Assembly: GCA_003648635.1 (NCBI GenBank)
Contig: QMPQ01000002.1
Coordinates: forward strand, 1-58,978
Reading direction: 5' to 3'
DNA: 58,978 bases
From: Bacteroidota bacterium
GTDB taxonomy: Bacteria > Bacteroidota > Bacteroidia > Bacteroidales > GCA-2748055
Position 1 is the first letter of the stretch; each line of letters begins with the position of its first letter. A program made the position numbers and the translations under genes. Below the pieces are notes generated by a model. The model had not been told where the DNA came from, searched no databases, and saw only the letters and a list, made by a program, of their open reading frames with translations. This document shows positions 29,421 through 38,291 of this stretch, piece by piece.

Positions 29421-30278
29421 TTACTGTTTTAACTGCTGACCGGTGACCTTAATAAAAATATCTTCCAGTGAGGCCTCCTGGGTATGGATGGTCAGGATCT
29501 CCTGGTTCTCTAATATCTCGTTAAACGTTGGATTGAAAGCCAGCTGGTCTATGGGGAACTCATCAGAAAGAGTCATCCCATTCTCCATATATTCCAGTCT
29601 TACAGTTTTCTTTCCGTGCTTAAGCCGAAGTTCCTGGGTGGAGTCGATGACCGGAAGCGTACCTTCCACCATAAAGGCCAGTCGGTTGCAGAGCTCACCT
29701 GCATCGTCCATATGGTGGGTGGTAAGGAAGATGGTAACACCCTGCTGCTTTAGATCCAGGATGATATCCTTCATGATACGGGCATTGCCTGGATCGAGAC
29801 CGGCGGTGGGTTCATCCAGAAAAAGCAGTTCGGGTTGGTTCAGCAGAGAGCGGATAAAACTGAGTCTCATCTTCATTCCCTTTGAGAATGCCTCCACACG
29901 TGTGTCCCGGTCACCTTCCAGCTGAACCATCTTCAGGAGTTCATCCGGATCACGGGTCTTGGATTTAAAAAAGGAGGCAAACAATTGCAGGTTTTCCAGG
30001 GCAGTCAGCTTCAGATAGAGGTTGGGGAACTCAAAGGCAACCCCAATCTTCTCATAAAAGGAACGCTTCATTTTTGAGAGATCAGTTCCATTGATATGCA
30101 CTGAGCCTCCAAAACCCTTTAGCAATCCGTTCAAGACCTTTTGAGTTGTACTTTTCCCTGCTCCTGAGGGACCCAGGAAACCGAAAATCTCTCCCTCTTT
30201 GATCTCAAAACTTATATCTTTTAATACCTGCTTTTCGGTACCCGGGTAGCTGTAGGTCAGGTTTTGAACCTGTATCAT
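29421..30278 (-). CDS. ABC transporter ATP-binding protein
   Basis: Walker A GPSGAGKST, Walker B LLFLDEPTAGLD, an H-loop TTHHMDD and a divergent signature FSKGMKMR. Confidence 0.9.
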   Translation of the reverse strand: MIQVQNLTYSYPGTEKQVLKDISFEIKEGEIFGFLGPSGAGKSTTQKVLNGLLKGFGGSVHINGTDLSKMKRSFYEKIGVAFEFPNLYLKLTALENLQLFASFFKSKTRDPDELLKMVQLEGDRDTRVEAFSKGMKMRLSFIRSLLNQPELLFLDEPTAGLDPGNARIMKDIILDLKQQGVTIFLTTHHMDDAGELCNRLAFMVEGTLPVIDSTQELRLKHGKKTVRLEYMENGMTLSDEFPIDQLAFNPTFNEILENQEILTIHTQEASLEDIFIKVTGQQLKQ

Positions 30279-30289
30279 GGGGTGTAAAG

Positions 30290-31156
30290 CTAATGCTGGT
30301 GGAAAGCATCTGAGACAAAGGATAGTACCTCCGGCAGGGATTCTCTCCAGTAGGTCCAGGTATGCCCCCCGTTGCGAATCCGAAATTCATGTGGGATCTC
30401 CTTTTTGCGCATGGCAATATGGGCCAGGGAATTCCCTTCATACAGGAAATCATCATCTCCACAATCGATGTACCACCTTACAGCTTTCTTTTGCTTATCC
30501 GGCATTTCATTGATCAGCTCCACTGCACTGTGACGCTTATACCAGGTCTCCATCTCCTCCTTGCTTCCCGGTTCCGTACCACGCCTTTTCAATTGCCGCT
30601 CCATATCTTCCAGGCTCAGTGGTCCGCAGTAGGCACTGAGGGGACAGGCTGAGGAAAACAGCTCAGGATGGTGCAGGGCATAAATAAAAGTGCCGCCTCC
30701 GCCCATGGAGAGTCCGGAGATGGCTCGATACCTTTTCTCACCTTTGATTCTATAGGTCGATTCCACGTATGGCATAAATTCTTCGAAAAAGAAGTCCTCG
30801 TACCTCCATTCATTCTGCATGTCGTTGAAATAGCCACGCTTCCCACTGTTCCCGTCCGGCATGACGATTATCATTGGTGTGGCCGATCCTTCCAATATGG
30901 CCTTATCGGCAATATGCAATACTTCACCAAACTGCACCCATCCAGTCTGATCGTCGCCGGCACCATGCAGCAGGTAAAGTACGGGGTAGCTTCGCTCTGA
31001 TGATTCGTAGTCGGGGGGCAGATAAATGGCGTATTTGCGCTCCATATTCAGGATTTTACTCTCCATTGTGAGCTCGTCGTGTACTTTCCCAGTCTGTGCA
31101 TTCAGGTTGATAGCCGTGATGATAAGGGCCATAAGAAAGGCAGTTTTTCTGATCAT
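30290..31156 (-). CDS. secreted esterase (alpha/beta hydrolase, putative-esterase/CE1-like family)
   Basis: Signal peptide MIRKTAFLMALIITAINLNA at the ATG at 31156. YPVLYLLHG and the nucleophile elbow GLSMGGGG are present. The ORF is open further to 31219, but that extension precedes the signal peptide. Confidence 0.75.
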   Translation of the reverse strand: MIRKTAFLMALIITAINLNAQTGKVHDELTMESKILNMERKYAIYLPPDYESSERSYPVLYLLHGAGDDQTGWVQFGEVLHIADKAILEGSATPMIIVMPDGNSGKRGYFNDMQNEWRYEDFFFEEFMPYVESTYRIKGEKRYRAISGLSMGGGGTFIYALHHPELFSSACPLSAYCGPLSLEDMERQLKRRGTEPGSKEEMETWYKRHSAVELINEMPDKQKKAVRWYIDCGDDDFLYEGNSLAHIAMRKKEIPHEFRIRNGGHTWTYWRESLPEVLSFVSDAFHQH

Positions 31157-31238
31157 GATGGTGTAGTTAAATGAGTTTATACGTTCACCCATAAAGGTAA
31201 AATCTAAAATCATTAACACGATCCTACTTTGCTTTTTT

Positions 31239-32147
31239 TTACTTCCAGTCGTAGGGGGTCACCTGGTAGACGTAGTAGTTCAGCCAGTTGGAGAAGAGCA
31301 GACTGGCATGAGCACGCCAGCGTATTACGGGATCCTTTAAGGGATCATCGTCAGGAAAGTAGTTCTCAGGTACCGCTGTATCAAGCCCTTTGGCACAGTC
31401 TCTTTCAAATTCGTCTTTCAGGGTGAGCGGATTGTACTCCAGGTGTCCGGAAATAAAGATCTGGCGGTTATCTTTTGAAAGGACGATATTGGATCCAACC
31501 TCGGATGACCATGCAAGGGGGATCAGATCGGGATGCTTTTTAATATCCTCCAGCCGATTCTCGGTATACCTGGAGTGAGGGGCAGGGAAGAGGTCGTCGA
31601 ATCCGCGTACCAGGGGGTGTTTCCGGTCGGTGATCTGGTGATCAAATATCCCGAATGCCTTAGATGGAAGGGGATATTTCTTAATGCCATAGTGATAGTA
31701 GAGTCCCGCCTGAGCTCCCCAGCAGATATGCATCGTGCTGCTTACATTGGTCTTGCTCCATTCCAGGACCTCGCACAGGGTCTTCCAGTAATCAACCTCT
31801 TCAAACTCGATAAGCTCCACCGGGGCGCCCGTGATGATCAGTCCATCGTATTTTTGATCACGGATCTGATCAAAGGTTTTGTAAAATACCTCCATATGCT
31901 CCCGGGGAGTATTTTTTGACAAATGCTCATCCATATAGAGCAAATCCAGCTCCACCTGCAGGGGTGTGTTGGCAAGTGACCTCAGTAGATCTGTTTCAGT
32001 AACCATCTTAACCGGCATCAGGTTCAACACGGCAACACGTAATGGCCGGATGTCCTGGTGAAGAGCCTGGTTCTCCTCCATGATAAAGATATTCTCCTTT
32101 TTCAGCTCCTTGATAGCCGGAAGGTTTGTGGGTACGTTAATAGGCAT
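31239..32147 (-). CDS. metA: homoserine O-acyltransferase MetA
   Basis: [21 protein letters not shown]..., [18 protein letters not shown] and CWGAQA are the conserved MetA (HTS) blocks. 302 aa. Confidence 0.9.
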   Translation of the reverse strand: MPINVPTNLPAIKELKKENIFIMEENQALHQDIRPLRVAVLNLMPVKMVTETDLLRSLANTPLQVELDLLYMDEHLSKNTPREHMEVFYKTFDQIRDQKYDGLIITGAPVELIEFEEVDYWKTLCEVLEWSKTNVSSTMHICWGAQAGLYYHYGIKKYPLPSKAFGIFDHQITDRKHPLVRGFDDLFPAPHSRYTENRLEDIKKHPDLIPLAWSSEVGSNIVLSKDNRQIFISGHLEYNPLTLKDEFERDCAKGLDTAVPENYFPDDDPLKDPVIRWRAHASLLFSNWLNYYVYQVTPYDWK

Positions 32148-32219
32148 GGCGGTTTATTTCAAAGTATAACTTAAACGGATCGCATATGTTTGCAAAATTA
32201 CGAGATTACTTGACTTTAC

Positions 32220-33578
32220 CTAGCTGGTGCCGAACCTCAGATGAAACACGCTTCCTTCTCCGGGAGTAGAGTGTACCCTGATATGTCCTCCATGCAGTTG
32301 CATTACATGTTGGGAGAAGCTGAGTCCGATGCCGGTTCCCGATTCTTTGGTGGAGAAGAATGGGATAAAGATACTCTCAAGTTGATCTTCCGGAATACCT
32401 GCGCCGCTGTCGCTTACTGATATTACCGTCGCATAATCACTTTTAAAAGCCGAAAGGCTAATGGTTTTGGAAGTCCGCTCTTTCACTGCTTCCATGGCAT
32501 TCTTGACCAGGTTGATCAGCACCTGTTCAATCATTCTTTCGTCCATAAGGAGTTCGAGTCCCTTGTTGGCCTGCTCAAGCTTCAGCTGAATCTTCAGATT
32601 TTCTGCTTCCTCTTTGAAAAGCCCAATGATCCTTTGGAGAAGGGGGGCTATCTCCGTTGCTTCCGGCTTGAACTCTGGAGTTCTGTATAGGTTGGTATAG
32701 GCATCCAGGAAAACAGAGAGTCCTGAAGCACGTCGGTGGATGGTATCGAGTCCGGTTTTGATATCAGTAGCTTCTTTTTCGCTAAGACCTTCAAGAGGGA
32801 CCATTTCCCCTTCGGGCTGGAGTCTTTTTGAGAGATTACCGGCAATCAGCTTAATTGGGCTGAGGGAGTTTAGTATTTCATGCCGCAATACCCTAAGTAA
32901 TTTCTGCCATGCATCCAGTTCGTTCCGGTCTATCTCCCGGCTGATATCACGCACCGAGAGCAGGGTGATCTTCTCTCCTTTAAGGACAAAGCCGGAGGCA
33001 AGGAAAATAAGGTGGTGTTGGCCATCCGCAAGAGATATCTTCTTTAAGGTCTCTTTGCCCGGCGAAAACTGTTTAAAAAAAGCGGGTAGATCCGGTGCTA
33101 CATCTTCCAGAACATCCAGGCGATCCAAGGCGGTGATGCCGAATAGCTCCAGGAAAGCGCGGTTTATCATTCTTACCTCTCCATTTTCATTGAAGGCCAC
33201 CAGGCCAAACTGCACATGGTTAACCGTCTCTTCGAAGAAGCGCTGCTCGGCTTCACGGTCGAGCCTGACCAGCCTGAAATCACTTATAAGAGAATTAAAT
33301 CCCGCATGGATGGCATTGAAGTAGGGATCCCGGCGCACTCTTGAAAATTGCATGGTCGGATCATCGTTTACAAGGGCATTAATCAATTTTAAGAGATCCC
33401 GTCTGATTCGGGTGAGGTACCATAAGAGGGCGGCAGTCTCCAGGATCAGGGCAAGCACAAACAAAGAGTTGGTCACCGGGAATTCGGGCTTCTGAAGGTA
33501 GATGCCAAGGCCTATGGCAGTCAGTACAATGGCCGCTACAAAGGCCAGGATGGACCATATGAAACGGCTAAACACCAT
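32220..33578 (-). CDS. sensor histidine kinase (2 TM, PAS-like, HisKA/HATPase; NtrB-like partner)
   Basis: H-box LRHEILNSLSPI, N-box LINLVKNAMEA and G-boxes DSGAGI and GTGIGLSFSQ. Overlaps the upstream regulator gene by 11 nt. Confidence 0.85.
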   Translation of the reverse strand: MVFSRFIWSILAFVAAIVLTAIGLGIYLQKPEFPVTNSLFVLALILETAALLWYLTRIRRDLLKLINALVNDDPTMQFSRVRRDPYFNAIHAGFNSLISDFRLVRLDREAEQRFFEETVNHVQFGLVAFNENGEVRMINRAFLELFGITALDRLDVLEDVAPDLPAFFKQFSPGKETLKKISLADGQHHLIFLASGFVLKGEKITLLSVRDISREIDRNELDAWQKLLRVLRHEILNSLSPIKLIAGNLSKRLQPEGEMVPLEGLSEKEATDIKTGLDTIHRRASGLSVFLDAYTNLYRTPEFKPEATEIAPLLQRIIGLFKEEAENLKIQLKLEQANKGLELLMDERMIEQVLINLVKNAMEAVKERTSKTISLSAFKSDYATVISVSDSGAGIPEDQLESIFIPFFSTKESGTGIGLSFSQHVMQLHGGHIRVHSTPGEGSVFHLRFGTS

Positions 33579-34941
33579 ATTTTTTCATCTTCTGGTAAAG
33601 GGTGGAACGATTGATGCCCAGTACTTTTGCTGCAGCACTGATATTCCCCTGCTGCTCCCTCATTGCCTGTTGAATCACCATTTTTTCATGGACTTCCAGG
33701 TTCAGGGTGGCTGGCGATGATGATGCCTTGCTGCTTTCTGGCCTGGGTGTGAGTGTAAAATTGGAAATCGCCTCCTTTTCCGACAGGATCACCGCCTTTT
33801 CCATGGCATGCTCCAATTCCCGGATATTGCCCGGCCAGGGATGGGAGAGTAGTTGTTCCATTGCCTTATCAGATAGTTTAAGTCCGGTTTTATTATAATG
33901 ATCGCTGTACTTCCTCAGGAAGAATTCAGCCAGTACGGGAATATCCTCCTGTCTGTTTCTCAGGGGAGGGATCTCCATTTCAATGGCATTGATCCGGTAA
34001 TAGAGGTCCTCCCGAAAAGTTTTTTCCCCGATCATTTTTTGCAGGGGCATATTGGTTGCTGTAATGATCCTGACATCTATAGGCTTAGGAATGGAGGATC
34101 CCACCTGGTATATTTCATTGTTCTGAAGTACCGAAAGAAGCTTGCTCTGCAGCCCCGGGGGAAGATTACCGATCTCATCCAGAAAGAGCGTTCCACCCGA
34201 AGCGATAACAAAACGGCCATCCCGCTCCTCCTTTGCATCGGTAAAAGCGCCTTTTACATGCCCGAAAAGCTCGCTCTCGAACAGGGTTTCAGGCAGGGCT
34301 CCAAGATCCACCTTCATAAATATCTCATTCTTTCTACTGGAAAGTCTGTGAATCTCCCGGGCCACCACCTCCTTACCAGTCCCATTCTCTCCAAGGATCA
34401 GCACACTGGCATCGGTGCCAGCCACTTTAGACACCAGACTGTTGAGTGCCTTCATGGAGGAGGAGTGGCAGTAACAGACCAAATGGTCCTTTTCCAGTTC
34501 GGCAGACAGGTGGGCCTGCTTTTTCTTTAACAGGGATACCTGCATCTTACTTTTCCTTAGTTCAAAGGCACTCTGCAGCGTGGAAAGGATCTTTTGTTCG
34601 TCCCAGGATTTCATGATAAAGTCCACCGCTCCCTCTTTCATGGATTTGATGGCCAGCTCAACATCCCCGTAAGCGGTTATAAAAACCACGGTGGCTTCCG
34701 GGTCCTTTTCCAGGATCTTGTTCATCCAGAAAATTCCCTCGTTGCCTGTATTTTGTCCGGCTTTAAAATTCATGTCCAGCAGGATGATATCGTAGGCCTG
34801 CTTCTCCAGCGTGGAGAGGATCAGGTTGGGGTTTTTCAGGATGTCGATAGTGGTGAAGGTACGCGACAGAATCAGTCTGAGAGCGATCAGCAGATCGCTG
34901 TTGTCATCCACAATCAGTATGGAACCCTCTTTCCTGGCCAT
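33568..34941 (-). CDS. sigma-54-dependent response regulator (NtrC family)
   Basis: Receiver domain (ILLDMNF), an AAA+ domain with GENGTGKEVVAREIH, the GAFTDA sigma-54 contact loop, ESELFGH and LFLDEIG, and a C-terminal Fis-type HTH AAKVLGINRSTLYQKMKKYG. Confidence 0.9.
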   Translation of the reverse strand: MARKEGSILIVDDNSDLLIALRLILSRTFTTIDILKNPNLILSTLEKQAYDIILLDMNFKAGQNTGNEGIFWMNKILEKDPEATVVFITAYGDVELAIKSMKEGAVDFIMKSWDEQKILSTLQSAFELRKSKMQVSLLKKKQAHLSAELEKDHLVCYCHSSSMKALNSLVSKVAGTDASVLILGENGTGKEVVAREIHRLSSRKNEIFMKVDLGALPETLFESELFGHVKGAFTDAKEERDGRFVIASGGTLFLDEIGNLPPGLQSKLLSVLQNNEIYQVGSSIPKPIDVRIITATNMPLQKMIGEKTFREDLYYRINAIEMEIPPLRNRQEDIPVLAEFFLRKYSDHYNKTGLKLSDKAMEQLLSHPWPGNIRELEHAMEKAVILSEKEAISNFTLTPRPESSKASSSPATLNLEVHEKMVIQQAMREQQGNISAAAKVLGINRSTLYQKMKKYGV

Positions 34942-35003
34942 CTATAAGTTTTTCATGCAGTTTGATGTAAATTTAAGACATTGTTGGATTCATGCACACG
35001 ATG

Positions 35004-35044
35004 TGTCGGAATTTCCGACATCGACATTTCGAATGACATTGTCA
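35004..35044. promoter_or_regulatory. two palindromes, candidate enhancer (UAS) sites for the adjacent NtrC-type regulator
   Basis: TGTCGGAA-T-TTCCGACA (35004-35020, perfect 8+8) and TGACA-T-TGTCA (35034-35044). They share TGTC/GACA half-sites and lie 30-70 nt upstream of the -24/-12-like element. Confidence 0.35.
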
Positions 35045-35074
35045 AAATCCAGCAATACAACAAGATAGCTCTTA

Positions 35075-35090
35075 TGGCACAATATTGTCA
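35075..35090 (+). promoter_or_regulatory. candidate sigma-54 (-24/-12) promoter for the FtsX-family permease gene
   Basis: TGGCACAATATTGTCA compared with the consensus TGGCAC-N5-TTGCA. The -24 half is perfect. The -12 half reads TGTCA, so the GC is replaced by TC. It ends 24 nt before the ATG at 35114. Confidence 0.35.
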
Positions 35091-35113
35091 TTAGAAGGGT
35101 AAATAATGAACAA

Positions 35114-37480
35114 ATGATTCGAAATTACCTTCTAAGCGCACTTCGCAATTTCTGGAGAAACAAATTTATCACTACCATTAACCTGGTGGGTATGGCCATC
35201 GGTTTTGGGATGTTCCTGACCATTTTGACCGTGATCCGTCTCGATGCAGGTTTTGACAGATTTCACGAGGATATTGACAAGATGTATGTGTTGAATATCC
35301 GGCTTAACATGAATAATTCTGATTATACCTCCGAGAGGACAGGCGGTGTATACTCAAAGGTTTTCAAGGAGTTGTACCCCGAAATTGAGAGTAGCTGCCG
35401 GGTCAGCCAAGCCAGAGAGTTTGAGTTGGGAATTCCTGTAAAAGAGGCAGACGCGGATGTGCCTCTGAAATACCTCGATGAAGCTCAGGTGATTATGGTG
35501 GATAGCAACTTTTTTAGTTTTTTCACATTTCCTCTGCTTGAGGGAGACCCGGAGGAGGTTTTTAAGGCAAGGGATCAAATTGTTATTACCGAGAGCCTGG
35601 CAGAGAAGTTTTTTGGTGAGGAAAATGCAATGGGAAGGCAGATTAAGATTGGGGAGGGAGGCTACTTTACCGTGGTGGCCATTGCAGCAGATCCACCCGT
35701 TGTATCCACTTATCAATTTAAAGCTTTGCTGGGCTTCCATGTCATGGAGGAGCTGGGATACCCGATTAATGAATATGGAGGAACCATGTACTTCAATAAT
35801 TTCAAGCTGGCCGCCGGAACAGACCTGGTCAGACTAAATGCTTCCATCAATGCACATGTGGAGGAGCATCTCGAAGAAGATTTTGAAAGCTATTTTTTCC
35901 TGGATCGCCTGGACCGCATACACCTGCACGGGGAGAGCCAGGGGTGGATCGGATATATGCTCAACGTGATTATGATCGTAGTGATCCTGCTAATTGCCTG
36001 CATTAATTTTATTAACCTCTCCACTGCCCGTTCTTCCATGAGGTTAAAGGAGATTGCCATTCGTAAAAATGCCGGAGCCAACAGGCGTCAACTGGTAACC
36101 CAGTTTATGAGTGAATCATACATCCTGTTGCTCCTGGCTCTGTATCTGGGTTTTTTCATAGCCGAGATGGCGACCAATGCCTTTCGTTTTGTTGAGCTTT
36201 ACCAGGAAGAGGTGAACAGGGACCTGGGATTCTGGCTGCAGATTGCAGGAATCTACCTGCTGACCGGTCTGTTGGCCGGGCTCTATCCAGCCCTTAAAAT
36301 TTCGGGTTACCAGCCCCTGGCCTTTTTCTCCGGGAAGGGGATTCAGAAACCGCGTTCAGGAGGCAGGTCACGGCGTGTGCTGATTGTACTCCAGTTTGCC
36401 TTTTCAATCATTTTTATCACGGTCTCCATTTTCATGATCAGGCAATTTACCCATATGAGGGAGGCCGACCTGGGATTTAACCGCGAGGATGTACTTTATA
36501 TCCGGACCAAGGGAAGGGTATGGGACCGTTACCAGGTTATCAAAGAGGAACTGGAGCAGCTCGCCTTTGTGGAAGGGGTTAGTTCTGCTTCGGAGATTCC
36601 TGTGCAGGTAAATTTTGGCGAGATCGACTGGGGAGAGCGGGACGGAGAACACAACAAGATTGCCAGGGTCATCCGTACCAATGCTGACTTTCTTTCCACT
36701 TTTGAAATTGACTTGCTGGAGGGTGATTACTTTAGTGAGGAACGTGATACCTTGAACTATAGTTATGTGGTGGTAAACCGCTCCCTGGTGGACTATATGG
36801 AGTGGGAGGACCCGGTGGGTCGTGAGATGTATATATGGGGACATGAACGTATTATCCTGGGGATTACCGAGGATATTAAATTCTATCCTATGCAGCTGGA
36901 TGCATTCTCCAACGATGCTCTGATCTATGTCTATGAGCCTGTACAGGACTACTTGTTCGTAAGGGTAGTTCCGGGGACCTCCTCAAAGCAGCTTTCAGCC
37001 ATTGAGGAGGTGTTTCAAAATCACAATCCGGGATATGAGCTCGAATTTGATTATGTAAGCAAATACAATTATAATATGCTGCAAGATACCGAGAGTCTCA
37101 CACTTGTCCTTAAGCTCTTCTCGGGCATCGCTATTTTTATTGCCATTATGGGACTGATCGGGCTCTCACAGTTTAACAACAGCAGGAGGACCAAGGAGAT
37201 AGGCATACACAAGGTTATGGGCGCCCAATCAGGATCCTTGGTCAGGCTGCTGCTATCCGAGTTCATAAAGTTGGTGATGATTTCCAACCTGGTGGCCCTG
37301 CCCCTGGCTTACCTGGTACTATGGCGCATCTTTAAGTTTTTCACTTATTCTACCGAACTGAAGATCCAGGTGTTTTTAATAGTATTTGTGCTGTCTGTAC
37401 TCCTGGCCCTGGCCACTGTTACGTTCCATGCCTTACGGACCGCACGTGCCAATCCGGTGAAAAGCCTGAGGTACGAGTAG
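35114..37480 (+). CDS. MacB/FtsX-family ABC transporter permease (duplicated FtsX domains, large extracytoplasmic domains)
   Basis: 788 aa. N-terminus MIRNYLLSALRNFWRNKFITTINLVGMAIGF is typical of Bacteroidota MacB-like permeases. Two 4-TM FtsX modules are present. No cognate ATPase is adjacent. Confidence 0.85.
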   Translation: MIRNYLLSALRNFWRNKFITTINLVGMAIGFGMFLTILTVIRLDAGFDRFHEDIDKMYVLNIRLNMNNSDYTSERTGGVYSKVFKELYPEIESSCRVSQAREFELGIPVKEADADVPLKYLDEAQVIMVDSNFFSFFTFPLLEGDPEEVFKARDQIVITESLAEKFFGEENAMGRQIKIGEGGYFTVVAIAADPPVVSTYQFKALLGFHVMEELGYPINEYGGTMYFNNFKLAAGTDLVRLNASINAHVEEHLEEDFESYFFLDRLDRIHLHGESQGWIGYMLNVIMIVVILLIACINFINLSTARSSMRLKEIAIRKNAGANRRQLVTQFMSESYILLLLALYLGFFIAEMATNAFRFVELYQEEVNRDLGFWLQIAGIYLLTGLLAGLYPALKISGYQPLAFFSGKGIQKPRSGGRSRRVLIVLQFAFSIIFITVSIFMIRQFTHMREADLGFNREDVLYIRTKGRVWDRYQVIKEELEQLAFVEGVSSASEIPVQVNFGEIDWGERDGEHNKIARVIRTNADFLSTFEIDLLEGDYFSEERDTLNYSYVVVNRSLVDYMEWEDPVGREMYIWGHERIILGITEDIKFYPMQLDAFSNDALIYVYEPVQDYLFVRVVPGTSSKQLSAIEEVFQNHNPGYELEFDYVSKYNYNMLQDTESLTLVLKLFSGIAIFIAIMGLIGLSQFNNSRRTKEIGIHKVMGAQSGSLVRLLLSEFIKLVMISNLVALPLAYLVLWRIFKFFTYSTELKIQVFLIVFVLSVLLALATVTFHALRTARANPVKSLRYE

Positions 37481-37490
37481 CACGAATAAG

Positions 37491-37514
37491 CCGGGGCCCG
37501 TTCCTGGGCCCCGG
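37491..37514. terminator. GC-rich hairpin between convergent genes (likely bidirectional terminator)
   Basis: CCGGGGCCC-gttcct-GGGCCCCGG, a perfect 9-bp stem. It lies 10 nt after the permease stop and 9 nt after the dodecin stop. There is no U-tract. Confidence 0.55.
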
Positions 37515-37523
37515 AACCTGCTA

Positions 37524-37733
37524 TCAGGATTGGAATTTAAAGGAGATCTTCACTTTGGTCCGGTAGAATTCAATCTTCCCATCCTTCAAATGAATGTCCA
37601 TGGCGGTTACCTCGGCAATACGGAGGTCCCGCAGAGTCTTTGATGCTTTGTTAATGGCATTGGCGGCCGCATCGTCCCATGATTTGGTGCTGCTGCCAAC
37701 CAACTCGATGACTTTGTAAACGCTGTCTGACAT
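37524..37733 (-). CDS. dodecin-family (flavin-binding) small protein
   Basis: MSDSVYKVIELVGSSTKSWDDAAANAINKASKTLRDLRIAEV... matches the dodecin fold family. The ATG is at 37733; the track start at 37742 is a TTG. Confidence 0.7.
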   Translation of the reverse strand: MSDSVYKVIELVGSSTKSWDDAAANAINKASKTLRDLRIAEVTAMDIHLKDGKIEFYRTKVKISFKFQS

Positions 37734-37777
37734 AGGGCTCAAGTATTTTGGTTCAGTGTAAGTTACAACCTTAAAGA

Positions 37778-37812
37778 GGGGAAGTCAAGAAATAACTTCT
37801 TTGGACTTCCCC
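37778..37812. other. strong stem-loop in the long intergenic region
   Basis: GGGGAAGTC-(aagaaataacttctttg)-GACTTCCCC. The 9-bp outer stem is perfect, with an inner AAGAA/TTCTT pairing. It lies 45 nt upstream of the dodecin ATG. Its 5' arm GGGGAAGTCAAG recurs at 38207-38218. Confidence 0.5.
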
Positions 37813-37888
37813 CATTTTGAGACGCATCTGAAGCCATCCTGCATCATATGCAGAGCTCCTGCCTACCCCATTTTCGGATATTTTACAT

Positions 37889-37923
37889 GTAACAGAGTCG
37901 TGACTTTGTAACAAGGTTGTGAC
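37889..37923. promoter_or_regulatory. two tandem 16-nt imperfect palindromes (operator-like)
   Basis: GTAACA-gagt-CGTGAC (37889-37904) and GTAACA-aggt-TGTGAC (37908-37923), with a 19-nt period. Confidence 0.45.
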
Positions 37924-38018
37924 TCATATTTTTTAATTACCCATTTTCCTCGCCATTGTATTATGCAGTTATACAGGTAATTAGAATTAAATTTACTGAA
38001 AGACAAAAAACGTATTAA

Positions 38019-38053
38019 GTAACATATTGTGAGAAAGTAACACATCTGTTACT
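38019..38053. promoter_or_regulatory. third perfect-arm palindrome plus a degenerate copy of the same motif
   Basis: AGTAACA-catc-TGTTACT (38036-38053, 7-bp arms), preceded 18 nt upstream by GTAACA-tat-TGTGAG (38019-38033). Confidence 0.45.
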
Positions 38054-38291
38054 TCCGGATTATGTGAAATGAACACCCGGCTATCAAATATTATTCACGT
38101 GTAAAAATTCCTAAGAAAGTATCCCCATATTCTCACGCTTATCACTTCGTGAAATCCAGAAACTTAAGCAAAGTCCATGACTTGGAGTATCACGTTAGGA
38201 TTATTGGGGGAAGTCAAGTATACGGCTTTTGTGCTTTGGAAAAAATCCCTATCTTGCCTTTGTTAACACCTTTGTGTAAAATAGTAACACG

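Noticed and set aside
32148-32219. SAM riboswitch upstream of metA
   Set aside because: The gap is 72 nt, too short for a SAM-I/IV aptamer plus expression platform, and no conserved SAM-box sequence was seen.
37863-38045. 60-aa minus-strand ORF in the long intergenic region
   Set aside because: The composition (C, Y, F, K, I, N rich) is what random AT-rich DNA gives. It is made up largely of the GTAACA palindrome array, and no signal or motif is present. I treat the region as regulatory or non-coding.
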